A DNA stretch of 48,345 nt from a virus (Duplodnaviria; Caudoviricetes), in the IMG/VR virus record IMGVR_UViG_3300012953_000049, positions 1-48,345 of that record. One strand, given 5' to 3'. Positions 1 to 9,100 of this stretch are shown one piece after another. The position numbers and the translations under genes are program-made. The notes beneath the pieces were generated by a model that saw only the letters and a list, made by a program, of their open reading frames with translations, searched no databases and was not told where the DNA came from. The first letter of the stretch is position 1; every line of letters starts with the position of its first letter.

Positions 1-1469
1 ACGTCTTCTAATGCCGTCATAGCCCTGACCGCAGCCGTCTTTGGAATCGACTGCAATCCTAGCTGAGACGCAAGCACCAGAGAAGCGAGCTTTGTGGATG
101 CGTCTTCCAGCTGCGGAAGATTCTCTACAAATGTTTCTATGTTTTCTGGGTTAAGAAAATTCAAGGACAGTACTGCGTCTACTGCAGCAATATCTACTAA
201 CGCCGCCGCCTCTTTATTGAATGTAATAGCTGATATCTCTTTTAGCAGGTTAACTCTTTTGGGTATTTCCTGAGATCCAACTTCTATTAAAGCATCCATC
301 TGCGCTTCTTTGAGGTATTCAGTTCGACTACTTAGAGGATTAAGGCCGAAGATTCTAACAACTTCTCCTGTGCTAGCAGCCTTACTTAGTAATCCAGTGG
401 CTACGTTTTGGGGAACTCCTGCCATGGCTAAATTGAACACGCCGTCTGCCAATGTCTGCTGCCCACTACCTACTTTTTCAAATACTGGACCACTCAAAGT
501 GCATCCAGTGTCCCAAGCTCTTATCTCCGCCATAGTGTCGTATGCGTTAGCCTGTGCCACCTTCATAGCTTCTTGAGCGCTGGCGAGCTGTACTGGGTTC
601 TCCAACGGCAGGAATCTAAAATCTATGGGTATGACAATCTCTTGCGGGGATGTCGCTACTGGCGTGGCGATTCCCTCCGACGGAATAATTCTAACATCAT
701 TCCCCATCATGTCTTGTGCTGCGAAGTAAGCATTGCCCTCTACAGCAACCTTAGTAACTATATTGTAGGGAACCGTGGCAAAAACTGCCTTATCCGTGGT
801 TTTAGCAAAAATGCCCAGTCCCCTTACGTGAGGGCTTTCGGGAATCGGCAAATTCGTGTTGACTCCGACCAAAGACCCCATAATAGGCTGAGGAGAAAGG
901 CTATGCTCAGACCCATTGGTAAAAAGAGACATAGAGGACATCTGCCCACTTACAGGATCAAACAGTTGCGGTATGACATATCCGACTAATGTATTGCCGT
1001 CTAACTTCGTAACTTTGTAAAGCCCAAATCCCGTAGCAGGTTCTACCTTCTCGCTTAATGGGTCCGGCGCTGCAGGAACGTTAGTAACTGTTGCTGCGCC
1101 TTGCTGGTCCGCTGCTTGAAGCATTTCAGGCGGTAGGGCTTGCTGCGCTTGCTGCGCGTTTACCTTCACTTCCTTCGGGGCTACTCCTTCTGGAGCTGCG
1201 GATACTTTGATTATATACCCATAGTCAACAGGACGAACCTGAACTACATCTACCCCAGCAGTAAAAGATGATATAGCAGAAGAGGCTAGTTTTTCCGTGG
1301 AGACAATAGGCTCTTCGGTCAAGCCTTCAAGACACTTCATAACCATTGCGTTCTTCTCGATCATTCGCCTTACGTCTGTTTCCGCAAAAGTATCATTAAA
1401 TCTAGCAAAATCAGACTCATTTAATGTCCCAGAAATTTGCTGGCAAAGAGATGCATTTTTATTAATCAT
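1..1469 (-). CDS. Putative virion/head-associated protein, at least 489 aa, running off the window edge (not in the supplied ORF track)
   Basis: Manual translation: ATG at 1469-1467 lies in the last codons of the upstream ORF (ATGATTAA). The frame stays open to position 1: MINKNASLCQQ...DAVLSLNFLNPENIETFVENLPQLEDASTKLASLVLASQLGLQSIPKTAAVRAMTALED. Many K-x-A motifs. Confidence 0.85.
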   Translation of the reverse strand, partial: MINKNASLCQQISGTLNESDFARFNDTFAETDVRRMIEKNAMVMKCLEGLTEEPIVSTEKLASSAISSFTAGVDVVQVRPVDYGYIIKVSAAPEGVAPKEVKVNAQQAQQALPPEMLQAADQQGAATVTNVPAAPDPLSEKVEPATGFGLYKVTKLDGNTLVGYVIPQLFDPVSGQMSSMSLFTNGSEHSLSPQPIMGSLVGVNTNLPIPESPHVRGLGIFAKTTDKAVFATVPYNIVTKVAVEGNAYFAAQDMMGNDVRIIPSEGIATPVATSPQEIVIPIDFRFLPLENPVQLASAQEAMKVAQANAYDTMAEIRAWDTGCTLSGPVFEKVGSGQQTLADGVFNLAMAGVPQNVATGLLSKAASTGEVVRIFGLNPLSSRTEYLKEAQMDALIEVGSQEIPKRVNLLKEISAITFNKEAAALVDIAAVDAVLSLNFLNPENIETFVENLPQLEDASTKLASLVLASQLGLQSIPKTAAVRAMTALED

Positions 1470-2046
1470 TGGGGTTTTCTCCAAAGAGGTGTTTCATAAA
1501 CTGTGCAGAGGCCTCTTTTAGAGAAGCAAGGTTTCTGCCGGTATTGTATTGATTCTTTGAGGTAACTGAGCCTAAGTATCCGCCTGCAATGGCAGAGGGT
1601 AGGGCGGCTCTAGACCCTAAATCCCTAATAGAACTCACGGCACCGGAACCTGCGCCTATAAGTCTATTCTTAACTCCGCCTTGAGATGTAAACGCTCCTT
1701 GAAGCGCTCCGATACCTCCTGCAGTAACTCCCGGAACTAATACCGCACCTCCGAGCGTGCCTCCCAAGCGTGCCAGCAACCTTTTTCTCTTGTGCTCTTT
1801 TTCGGATATCCCTGCTTTTTGAGCGCGTATCCCTGCTATGGCAGGATCGATTCCTCTAGGATCAATCGCTCCCACAAAATCAGAAAGTCCTGCAGAAAGG
1901 TCTTCGGCATTCTTATTCATTAGCCTTGAATAAAGATCCTTCGCCTTTTCATACGAAATCTTATACCTCTTTGGGGTGGTAGTTCCTATAGGATCTTTCG
2001 TCAAAGATTTTCGAAGTTTTTTGATCTCTGCTTCGGGACTAAGCAT
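1462..2046 (-). CDS. Basic glycine-zipper protein, putative internal virion/membrane-interacting protein
   Basis: 194 aa with LGGTLGGAVLVPGVTAGGIGALQG and AIAGGYLG hydrophobic Gly-rich segments and a C-terminal LKEAS. Tightly packed with both neighbours. Confidence 0.7.
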   Translation of the reverse strand: MLSPEAEIKKLRKSLTKDPIGTTTPKRYKISYEKAKDLYSRLMNKNAEDLSAGLSDFVGAIDPRGIDPAIAGIRAQKAGISEKEHKRKRLLARLGGTLGGAVLVPGVTAGGIGALQGAFTSQGGVKNRLIGAGSGAVSSIRDLGSRAALPSAIAGGYLGSVTSKNQYNTGRNLASLKEASAQFMKHLFGENPND

Positions 2047-2048
2047 TT

Positions 2049-3488
2049 TTACATCATTCCTCGTAAGCTCGGCTTATGATATTTATAGCCCTGCTTAGTC
2101 TTAGACAGCAAAATAAACATTCCTGGAGAAGGTCGATTCCCTCTAGCGGCTTCGACTTCTTTCTTCATTTTGGGGGCTATGATCTGACGAATCTTTTGCT
2201 GATCCTTCTCTTTAGCTAATTGCTTCGCACACTCTTTACTTACGCCCACGATAAACTTTGTTCCCGGCACAGGAAAGAATTGAAGACTAGTTGGAATAAC
2301 TCCGGGAGCTAGAGGTATCTTTGTAGAGCGGACTATCATATTTGCAGGTATTCGACGTCCCGGATCGAAGCTCAGGGTAACTGAGGCCTTCTTGCCTATT
2401 TCGCTCTCTAGCTTTTCTATGCGCTTTGACTGCGCTTTGGCGTGATTTCTAGCCCTCTCTGAACGAATCCCAGAAAGATAGCCTCTTCTTCCTCCAACTA
2501 CATATCCGGTGCGAAGGCCTTCCCGTCGTCCTTCTTTCTTGCCCTTAGACTTGCCCATAGCGTGGGTAGCCCCCATTCCCACTACGCTAAGTGCCCCGCC
2601 CGCTAGTAGCTTTCCAGAAGCGTTTTTGTAAACTCCAGAAGATCTTTTCTTTTCCCGGGTTTTTCTAGCCATAGCAAGAGCGCCCTGATTAACAGCGGAA
2701 ATTCCTGCACCCATCGTTCCGCCTGCAATGGCACCGCCTTGGGCAGCCAAAATACGTGCTCCAATTGATCCCGGAGTCTTTATCGCGGCTTTTGCTGCTC
2801 CTAACGCTGCTCCAGCAGCGGTAGGCACTACGGTTTGACGAAGGCCTTCTCGTAGCTTCTCTGGCGACGTGAGGCTGCGCTGATAGGCGTCACTTTTTTC
2901 GTTCCTCTTTAGGTCTGCTAGTGTTTCTAATTCATTGGGAGTCAAGTCTTTTACAGAACTCAGCTTGCTCATTCCTTGTCCTGCGGCACCTCCTACTACT
3001 CGACCAAATCCTTGTCTCTGTTCGTACGGAGGATAAAGCTGGTCTACTAGGGACTTGGTCTTCTTTGGAGGACTAACTGGGCCATCAAACATTGCAGGGT
3101 TTAAAAGAGCGGAGGCTACTCTAGAAGGACTAAGAGGATAAATCTCTCCAGCTAACTCAAAGGTATGAAAAGGCTGGAGCTGCCTGTCTGCCACTATCAG
3201 AGGAATTCTTATATGATTTGAAGGATTTATAGTTGGTACGGCAGCTGACGGATCGTTCTTATTAGTAATTTGGGCGTGACCAAACGCAAACCCTGCTTCT
3301 GGCTCCACTCTCTGAAGGGTGACATCTACGTCATAGTCACTTAAAAAAGAAAGATTTTTATACAGCTCGGATAAAATGTGAGCTGCCCACTTTCTCTCAT
3401 CGTCGGGGACCTTAGATACGGCCGCTTCTTTCTCGAAAAACGAGTGAGGATCTACCTCTGCTAAAAATAACTCAGTGTTGGGGTTCAT
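2049..3488 (-). CDS. Putative virion protein: globular N-terminal domain followed by glycine-zipper/basic segments
   Basis: 479 aa with upstream AGGA RBS. The first ~175 aa look globular. Later segments (AAGAALGAA, GGAIAGGTMGAG, LLAGGALSVVGMG) are delimited by KLSS, KNAS and KKAS. Confidence 0.75.
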   Translation of the reverse strand: MNPNTELFLAEVDPHSFFEKEAAVSKVPDDERKWAAHILSELYKNLSFLSDYDVDVTLQRVEPEAGFAFGHAQITNKNDPSAAVPTINPSNHIRIPLIVADRQLQPFHTFELAGEIYPLSPSRVASALLNPAMFDGPVSPPKKTKSLVDQLYPPYEQRQGFGRVVGGAAGQGMSKLSSVKDLTPNELETLADLKRNEKSDAYQRSLTSPEKLREGLRQTVVPTAAGAALGAAKAAIKTPGSIGARILAAQGGAIAGGTMGAGISAVNQGALAMARKTREKKRSSGVYKNASGKLLAGGALSVVGMGATHAMGKSKGKKEGRREGLRTGYVVGGRRGYLSGIRSERARNHAKAQSKRIEKLESEIGKKASVTLSFDPGRRIPANMIVRSTKIPLAPGVIPTSLQFFPVPGTKFIVGVSKECAKQLAKEKDQQKIRQIIAPKMKKEVEAARGNRPSPGMFILLSKTKQGYKYHKPSLRGMM

Positions 3489-3498
3489 AGTAGTTCCT

Positions 3499-3828
3499 CT
3501 ACTTTACTTCGAAAGTGTCGCCGTCACCTAGCTTTAGGCTTTCTTTGACCAGTCCATTCTCAAGCTGAGCCGGTACTAAAGAATTTGGGATAACAATTGT
3601 ATTTATAACATTATCTGTACTGGTATTAACATTCGTTTTTACAACTAAGTTTGCCTGTAGATGTTCTATTACAGCCTCAGCTATGCCTTCAAATAACCAG
3701 TCCATTTGACTATCAGTAGCCACTATATTATTTTTTTGATTAACTTTCTTCTTAATTTCTTTAGCTAAATTTGGGCCTTCTTCATCAGAACTGGCCTGTC
3801 CAGTCAGCATGCCTAGTCTATCCGACAT
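3499..3828 (-). CDS. Hypothetical protein downstream of the spike gene
   Basis: 109 aa, TAATG-coupled to the spike gene. Amphipathic helix LFEGIAEAVIEHLQAN. Confidence 0.7.
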   Translation of the reverse strand: MSDRLGMLTGQASSDEEGPNLAKEIKKKVNQKNNIVATDSQMDWLFEGIAEAVIEHLQANLVVKTNVNTSTDNVINTIVIPNSLVPAQLENGLVKESLKLGDGDTFEVK

Positions 3829-5054
3829 TACTCGCTCTCCAAAGTATTAGATAGGTATGGCGACCCACTAGCCAAAGATGTAGTAATATTTCCTAGAAGG
3901 GCGGTTAACTTAGGAGTTGCAACACCGAATACACTAAGAATGGTCTGGACTTCTGTTAGGGCCTCTCCTAAGTCCGTCATAAATGTTTCTCCCTTTACCA
4001 CGGCTTCTGTATTGCCTAGCGCATCTCCTTTGGTAACTACTAGCTTCTTAAGAGTCTGGACCGTTTTATTAGCCGGAACATCTCCTGGTACAGAAATCTG
4101 TCCCCATTTACTAATTTTTGCTTTTACTGCTCCGGCGGTTTCCAGAGAGATGTCTCCTTCTTTATCCATTCCAATATTTATGGATGTACTAGGAGACTTC
4201 TCACTTTCGTCACCAAAAACAGTAAAGTCGACAACCCTAGAACTGCTTTTTGATTTCGCCGTTTTTGTGGTTACTACTATCTGTTTCCCTGGCAGCGGAT
4301 TTACTATCTTTTGTCCGGAAACCATTTTCGCAGTTGAAGATAACTGATATGTCGATGTCTCTTCTACGATAGTTTCCTGTTCTTGGTCGTCGTTGAATTG
4401 AAGATTTATTGGAGACTTCCCTGTCTTACCCAGATTAATCTCTACAGAATTACTCGGATGATCCGCATACTCTTTGGCCTTAAGAGTAAACTTTGTGCCG
4501 AGTAGTCCGTCTTCACTTTCTTCTCTTCTAAGAGATTTCCACTCTGACGATCCCCCGAACGTCTGTAGCTTACTACTTTCGGCTATCTGTATTACTTTAT
4601 TTCTAACGGGGTCCATCACAACTTTAGCGAGAGGCGTACTCCGAAGCTCAACTATGCCGCCCCTTCGAATAGCCAGTCCGTTTCCGTCTCGAGTAACCAG
4701 TGCTAAATCTCCCGGATTCAGGACAGGGCGGTTCATGTCCATAGATCCGGGAGAGCCCGTAGAAGATCTCTCTTTCACCACTGCTGAGCCGCTTAATAAG
4801 AATGCAGACTCCTCAGAATCAGAGGGCACACAAACCCAACACCAAGCGCCCGGTTCGGGCATAAAGTGTATACCCTCCCCTCCTTCGTGATGCATGTAGA
4901 CAGAGGGTATCCGAACTGTCTTAAACATCTTTCCGCCCTGCCTTGCCCGCACTTTACAGATCCATCTAGAGGGATCAACTTCAAGTATCTCCCCATGATA
5001 GATAAACGCAGGTAAGGGGGCGGCAGGTGCGCCTGGCATATTGGGTTGAGTCAT
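3828..5054 (-). CDS. Baseplate central spike-like protein (gpV/gp5-type N-terminal OB fold)
   Basis: The N-terminal GEILEVDP..WICKVR...VRIPS...GIHFMPEPGAWCWV pattern matches the gpV/gp5 OB fold. It is followed by a beta-rich region and a C-terminal AVVKGETFMTDL helix. Confidence 0.6.
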   Translation of the reverse strand: MTQPNMPGAPAAPLPAFIYHGEILEVDPSRWICKVRARQGGKMFKTVRIPSVYMHHEGGEGIHFMPEPGAWCWVCVPSDSEESAFLLSGSAVVKERSSTGSPGSMDMNRPVLNPGDLALVTRDGNGLAIRRGGIVELRSTPLAKVVMDPVRNKVIQIAESSKLQTFGGSSEWKSLRREESEDGLLGTKFTLKAKEYADHPSNSVEINLGKTGKSPINLQFNDDQEQETIVEETSTYQLSSTAKMVSGQKIVNPLPGKQIVVTTKTAKSKSSSRVVDFTVFGDESEKSPSTSINIGMDKEGDISLETAGAVKAKISKWGQISVPGDVPANKTVQTLKKLVVTKGDALGNTEAVVKGETFMTDLGEALTEVQTILSVFGVATPKLTALLGNITTSLASGSPYLSNTLESE

Positions 5055-5060
5055 TTGTGA

Positions 5061-6161
5061 TTAGCCTGCCATGTAAGCTACAGCTGGCGTTGCCAGCGCT
5101 GCCCCACCGAGAGCCTTCTGTGCTCCTGCAGAGTCTCTTAGAGTTCTAGAAAGATTTACAACTTTATCTCCAAGAGAAGTTCGCATAGTTCCGCCAGTAC
5201 CTTCGGCCGTAGCTTTAGTTCCTGACGCCTTCAGGGCGTTGCCGGCTCTTCTCACGCCTCCTGCAATAGTCTGCCCTAATGCCTGCAATCCCGCTTCCTT
5301 TTTAGTACCTCTGATGCGGTTGACGTACTCGACATGATCTCCGTAAGTCATAGAATTGCGGCCTTTTCCTGTTTTCTTTTCGTACAGCTTGTGGGCCTTC
5401 TCTAACTCATCACTACGGGGGTTCGCCTTTAGGAGGGCCCCAAAGTCCCTAATTCCTTGAAAAGCTCCTGCTTTCTTTTCAAGCTTACGCTCAATACGAC
5501 CTAGACGAGATTGTGTCTGTGAGTGGCGTTCTTTTTTCTTATACTCATTAAGGGCGTCCTTGGCTCTCTGGGTACGGTATATAAAGTCCGCCAAAGAAGG
5601 GTCGATGTTCCCTCGTTTAAGTATTCTTTTAGCGGTCTCGATTTCGCCCTTGTCTAATGCCCGCACCAGAAGCCCGAACAAACCACCACCCAAAGCCCCA
5701 AACAGTAGGCCTACTAGTGGCTTAATTCGTGAACCCATTACCGAAGCCGCTCCAGTTATTCCACCTAAGAGAGCCCCCGCTCCTCCCGCAGTTAGAAGAT
5801 CCGTAGGACGCTCTTTTGCTTTGGCATTGAGATACGCTACGTACTCTCCCCTTCTAATATCGTAGGGAATTGCAGACATTATAGATGTTGACGACGGAGG
5901 CTTCGCTCCAAATATTTTTGCTTCCTTTTCTAAGTCATCGAACGCGACAGCATACGAAGGCGGCAAAGCCCCTTGCATAGTTCCGTATGTATTGACTAAA
6001 TACTCGGCTCTTTTTTCGTGTTCCCAGTTGTCGAAAGCAAGAATGTATGCTTCCGGCATGAATCCCTCAGAAGTACCATAATCATCAACGATTCTTTGTG
6101 CCGTCTTCTCGATTTCGACTTCCTCTAAGGCAGCAGCGTACGCATTCAAACTAATTGTCAT
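5061..6161 (-). CDS. K-x-A-punctuated glycine-zipper virion protein
   Basis: Preferred start is ATG at 6161, immediately after the RNAP stop, with an AAGGA RBS. Contains EKTA, EKRA, EKEA, EKKA and KKEA motifs, two GxxxG hydrophobic helices and an N-terminal tandem repeat. Confidence 0.75.
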   Translation of the reverse strand: MTISLNAYAAALEEVEIEKTAQRIVDDYGTSEGFMPEAYILAFDNWEHEKRAEYLVNTYGTMQGALPPSYAVAFDDLEKEAKIFGAKPPSSTSIMSAIPYDIRRGEYVAYLNAKAKERPTDLLTAGGAGALLGGITGAASVMGSRIKPLVGLLFGALGGGLFGLLVRALDKGEIETAKRILKRGNIDPSLADFIYRTQRAKDALNEYKKKERHSQTQSRLGRIERKLEKKAGAFQGIRDFGALLKANPRSDELEKAHKLYEKKTGKGRNSMTYGDHVEYVNRIRGTKKEAGLQALGQTIAGGVRRAGNALKASGTKATAEGTGGTMRTSLGDKVVNLSRTLRDSAGAQKALGGAALATPAVAYMAG

Positions 6162-6162
6162 T

Positions 6163-9100
6163 TTATTGTCCTTTCCCAAAGAAACTAAAAGAAGGATTTT
6201 TCTTTATTTCAGGTAGATTTACTTTAAGAGCGCTAGTTGTAAGTGTAGGAGTCTTTTCTACTCCAAATTCCGCACCGTGCGCCAGTCCAGGTATCGGATG
6301 TCCATTAATATCTGATTTCCAATTTTGAGCAGTGCCTTCCACGAAAGTATCCTTAAGACGCTGAAAATTAAGTCTAGCCATCCAGTCTTCCTGTCCCGAT
6401 AAAGGTACTTTATCGAGTGATTTTAGCACGGGTGTATGCCTGACCTCTGGTAACCCTAACATTTTTAACTCTTTATTCCTATTCTCAAGAGCCGACAGCG
6501 AAGTTAATTGTCCTCTTAGCAACCCCTCGTCTTCAGAATTATTTCCAACGGACGTGACATCCGTCATCGCCCTGACCACTACTTCTACGTTCCTTCTTCT
6601 CCCGATCCCCGTGCTATCCATGTAAAGTTTGCCCAGCTCAGAAGTAATATGATTCCTAACTGCAGATATACTGTTAGTTATTTTTAGGATTTCATGAGGG
6701 TTCTTTCTCCCCGTGGATAATGCCTCTGCTTTTCTAACCTGAGTTCCAACTCTCACAGAAGGCAAAAGCTCATTGGTGTGCGGAACTATGTGATCTTTAT
6801 TATCAATACGCACAACTTTTCCGCCCAATGCATCTGAAGTAATCTTTTGCACAGTTCCGCTAACAGTAGATAGGGTGGCCTGCCCTCTTAGCTTTTTAGG
6901 CACCTTGAATAGGTCTTTGGCTCTTGCGTAGTAGTCATCGACTGCGCTAGTTCCTGCTCCGCCTGTGTGAAATGTTCGCATCTGCATCTGAGTTACTGGC
7001 TCTCCTAATGCATGTCCTGCGATTATTCCTATGTTAGTGCCTACTTCATAAGGCTTGCCGCGCTCACTCAAACCGTAACAGGTAGCACAAATACCATTGG
7101 ATACCTGACAATGCAGAGGAGACCTAACAAGAACTTTTTGCGGGCCGGAGTTCTTGAGCCTGGTGTGAAGGTTAGTAGTGATAAGGGTCCCTCTGGGTAT
7201 CTTATCTCCTCCCTTTAACTCTACATCTTTAGCTAAATACCTGCCCTCTATGTCGCTAACATTCGTATTTAGTAAAGATCCTCTAGTAGTGCCGCAGTCT
7301 TTTTTATCAATAGCTTGTCCTATTACGGTATTTATCAGCTCTTTAGTTAGCGCTCCCGGATCTTTGGTCCCTGCTGCACGATCTAAGGTACCTTTTCTGG
7401 CTCCGTGCAAAGAAGCCCAATATTGGGATACGGGAAGACCTTCTCCAAAAGACTTGGTCAACGGTACCGGTACCGTTCTCTTTTTAGGGTCTTGGACTAA
7501 AATAGGTCCCATTACTAATTGGCTAAATTGATTCCAGTCGGACTTTGCCCCGCTCTGTGCCCATTCCCACATTTTGTTATTGCCTAGACGGTTGTATCTC
7601 GCCTCTCCTACCGACTTTAGCTCTTCTCGGGCTTTCTGGTATAGCGTTACTATTTCCTTGTCTTTGGCTGCGCGGTTTCTCTTAGACCTCCTAATTTCTG
7701 CCTCTTTTTTCTTATACGGTTTAAGGATTTGATCTCTAATTTCTTTTCCGTCATGGAAGTCCTTTAAAGAAAAAGAACTTCCATTTGAATACGCCTGATA
7801 AAACCCTAGCTCTTTCCATTTATCGATCATTCGAGAAAATGCTTCCGGGTTACTTCTGGCTATATCGGTCGCTAATGCCTTCATGGGCTTCTTGGACATT
7901 CTATAAGAAGAGTCATGTAGGATCTTTGCATCTCCTTTAAACTCGGAGGGCAAAGAATCATTCAAGGCCAGCCTACCCGGAGTTGTCAGTTTATCCATTC
8001 CCTTTATCTTTACGACTGATGAGGATTTTAGCTTGCCTGACTTCATCTGCGCCAGGGCCTGTTCTTTAGTAAATACTCCAGACGCTCTCTTTCCCCATTT
8101 CGTGGCGTGATATAGTCCTAGTATCCCGTCTTGGCTCGGAGTCACCATGATTCCACCGTGGGTGGGAGAAAATAAGCTCTTAGAAGGCAGCATCTTGTGA
8201 AGTGCTTCGTCTTTAGCCTTTTCTGAAATTGGGACAAACAGCCCCATAGCATCGCCGTCAAAGTCCGCGTTGAATCCCCCTACGACAAGAGGGTGTACTT
8301 TTATCGATTTTCCGGTCACTAACTTAGGCTTAAACGCCATTATCCCAAACTTATGTAATGTCGGATCTCTTTTTAGCAGCACAGGCCTATCTTTTATTAC
8401 TCTCTCTAGTGCTTCCGTTGCGGATGGGTGATTCTGCTTTATCATCTTACGGGCCTGTCCTGCGCTACTTGCCCTTCCCATTCTTCTCCATAACTCTCTA
8501 ATGACGAAAGGCTTATACACCTCCATAGCTATGGGGGTAGGAACTCCTACTTCATCCATACTTAATTTAGGTTCTGGAGTGATTACGGACCGCCCCGACA
8601 AGTCTTGTCGCTTTCCCAAAACCCCTTCTTGAAAGAAAGAGTTTTTAGGCTTGGTGCCGGTTAACTTATCCATAAGGCTGGGGTACTGCTTGCCCTCTAT
8701 CTGGGCACCAGTCATTCGCAAAGCCCGAACTGCGTCATAGAGCTTTGCTTCTACATTTGCTAAGTCTTTTCCGCCTCTTCCCACCTTTTTAGCTGCCGCT
8801 AGTTCAGTGGTCATCTGCCCTACCGCTGCATACAACTGATTTAATGGGTCTATGATTTGAGTTCCATCATACCCTATACTAATTTTTCGGAGCTTAGGTG
8901 GTAGAACAGGAAGCATCTTATTAGTGTAGGCGTCTACTGGACTAATATTTAGATCTTTTAGGGCTTTAAGATATCTAACCCGTTTGTACAGCTTGTTAAG
9001 TTCGTTTTTCTTTGCGGTCTTTAACTTACTGGTTGCCTCTTTTAGCTCTTTATTGACATTAATAGAAGACAACTTCTCTTCTATCTTTTGAAAGCCTTTG

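Noticed and set aside
310-1521. Plus-strand ORFs 310-576, 573-989 and 1297-1521
   Set aside because: Antisense shadows of the long minus-strand ORF 1-1469, which the track missed because it runs off the window.
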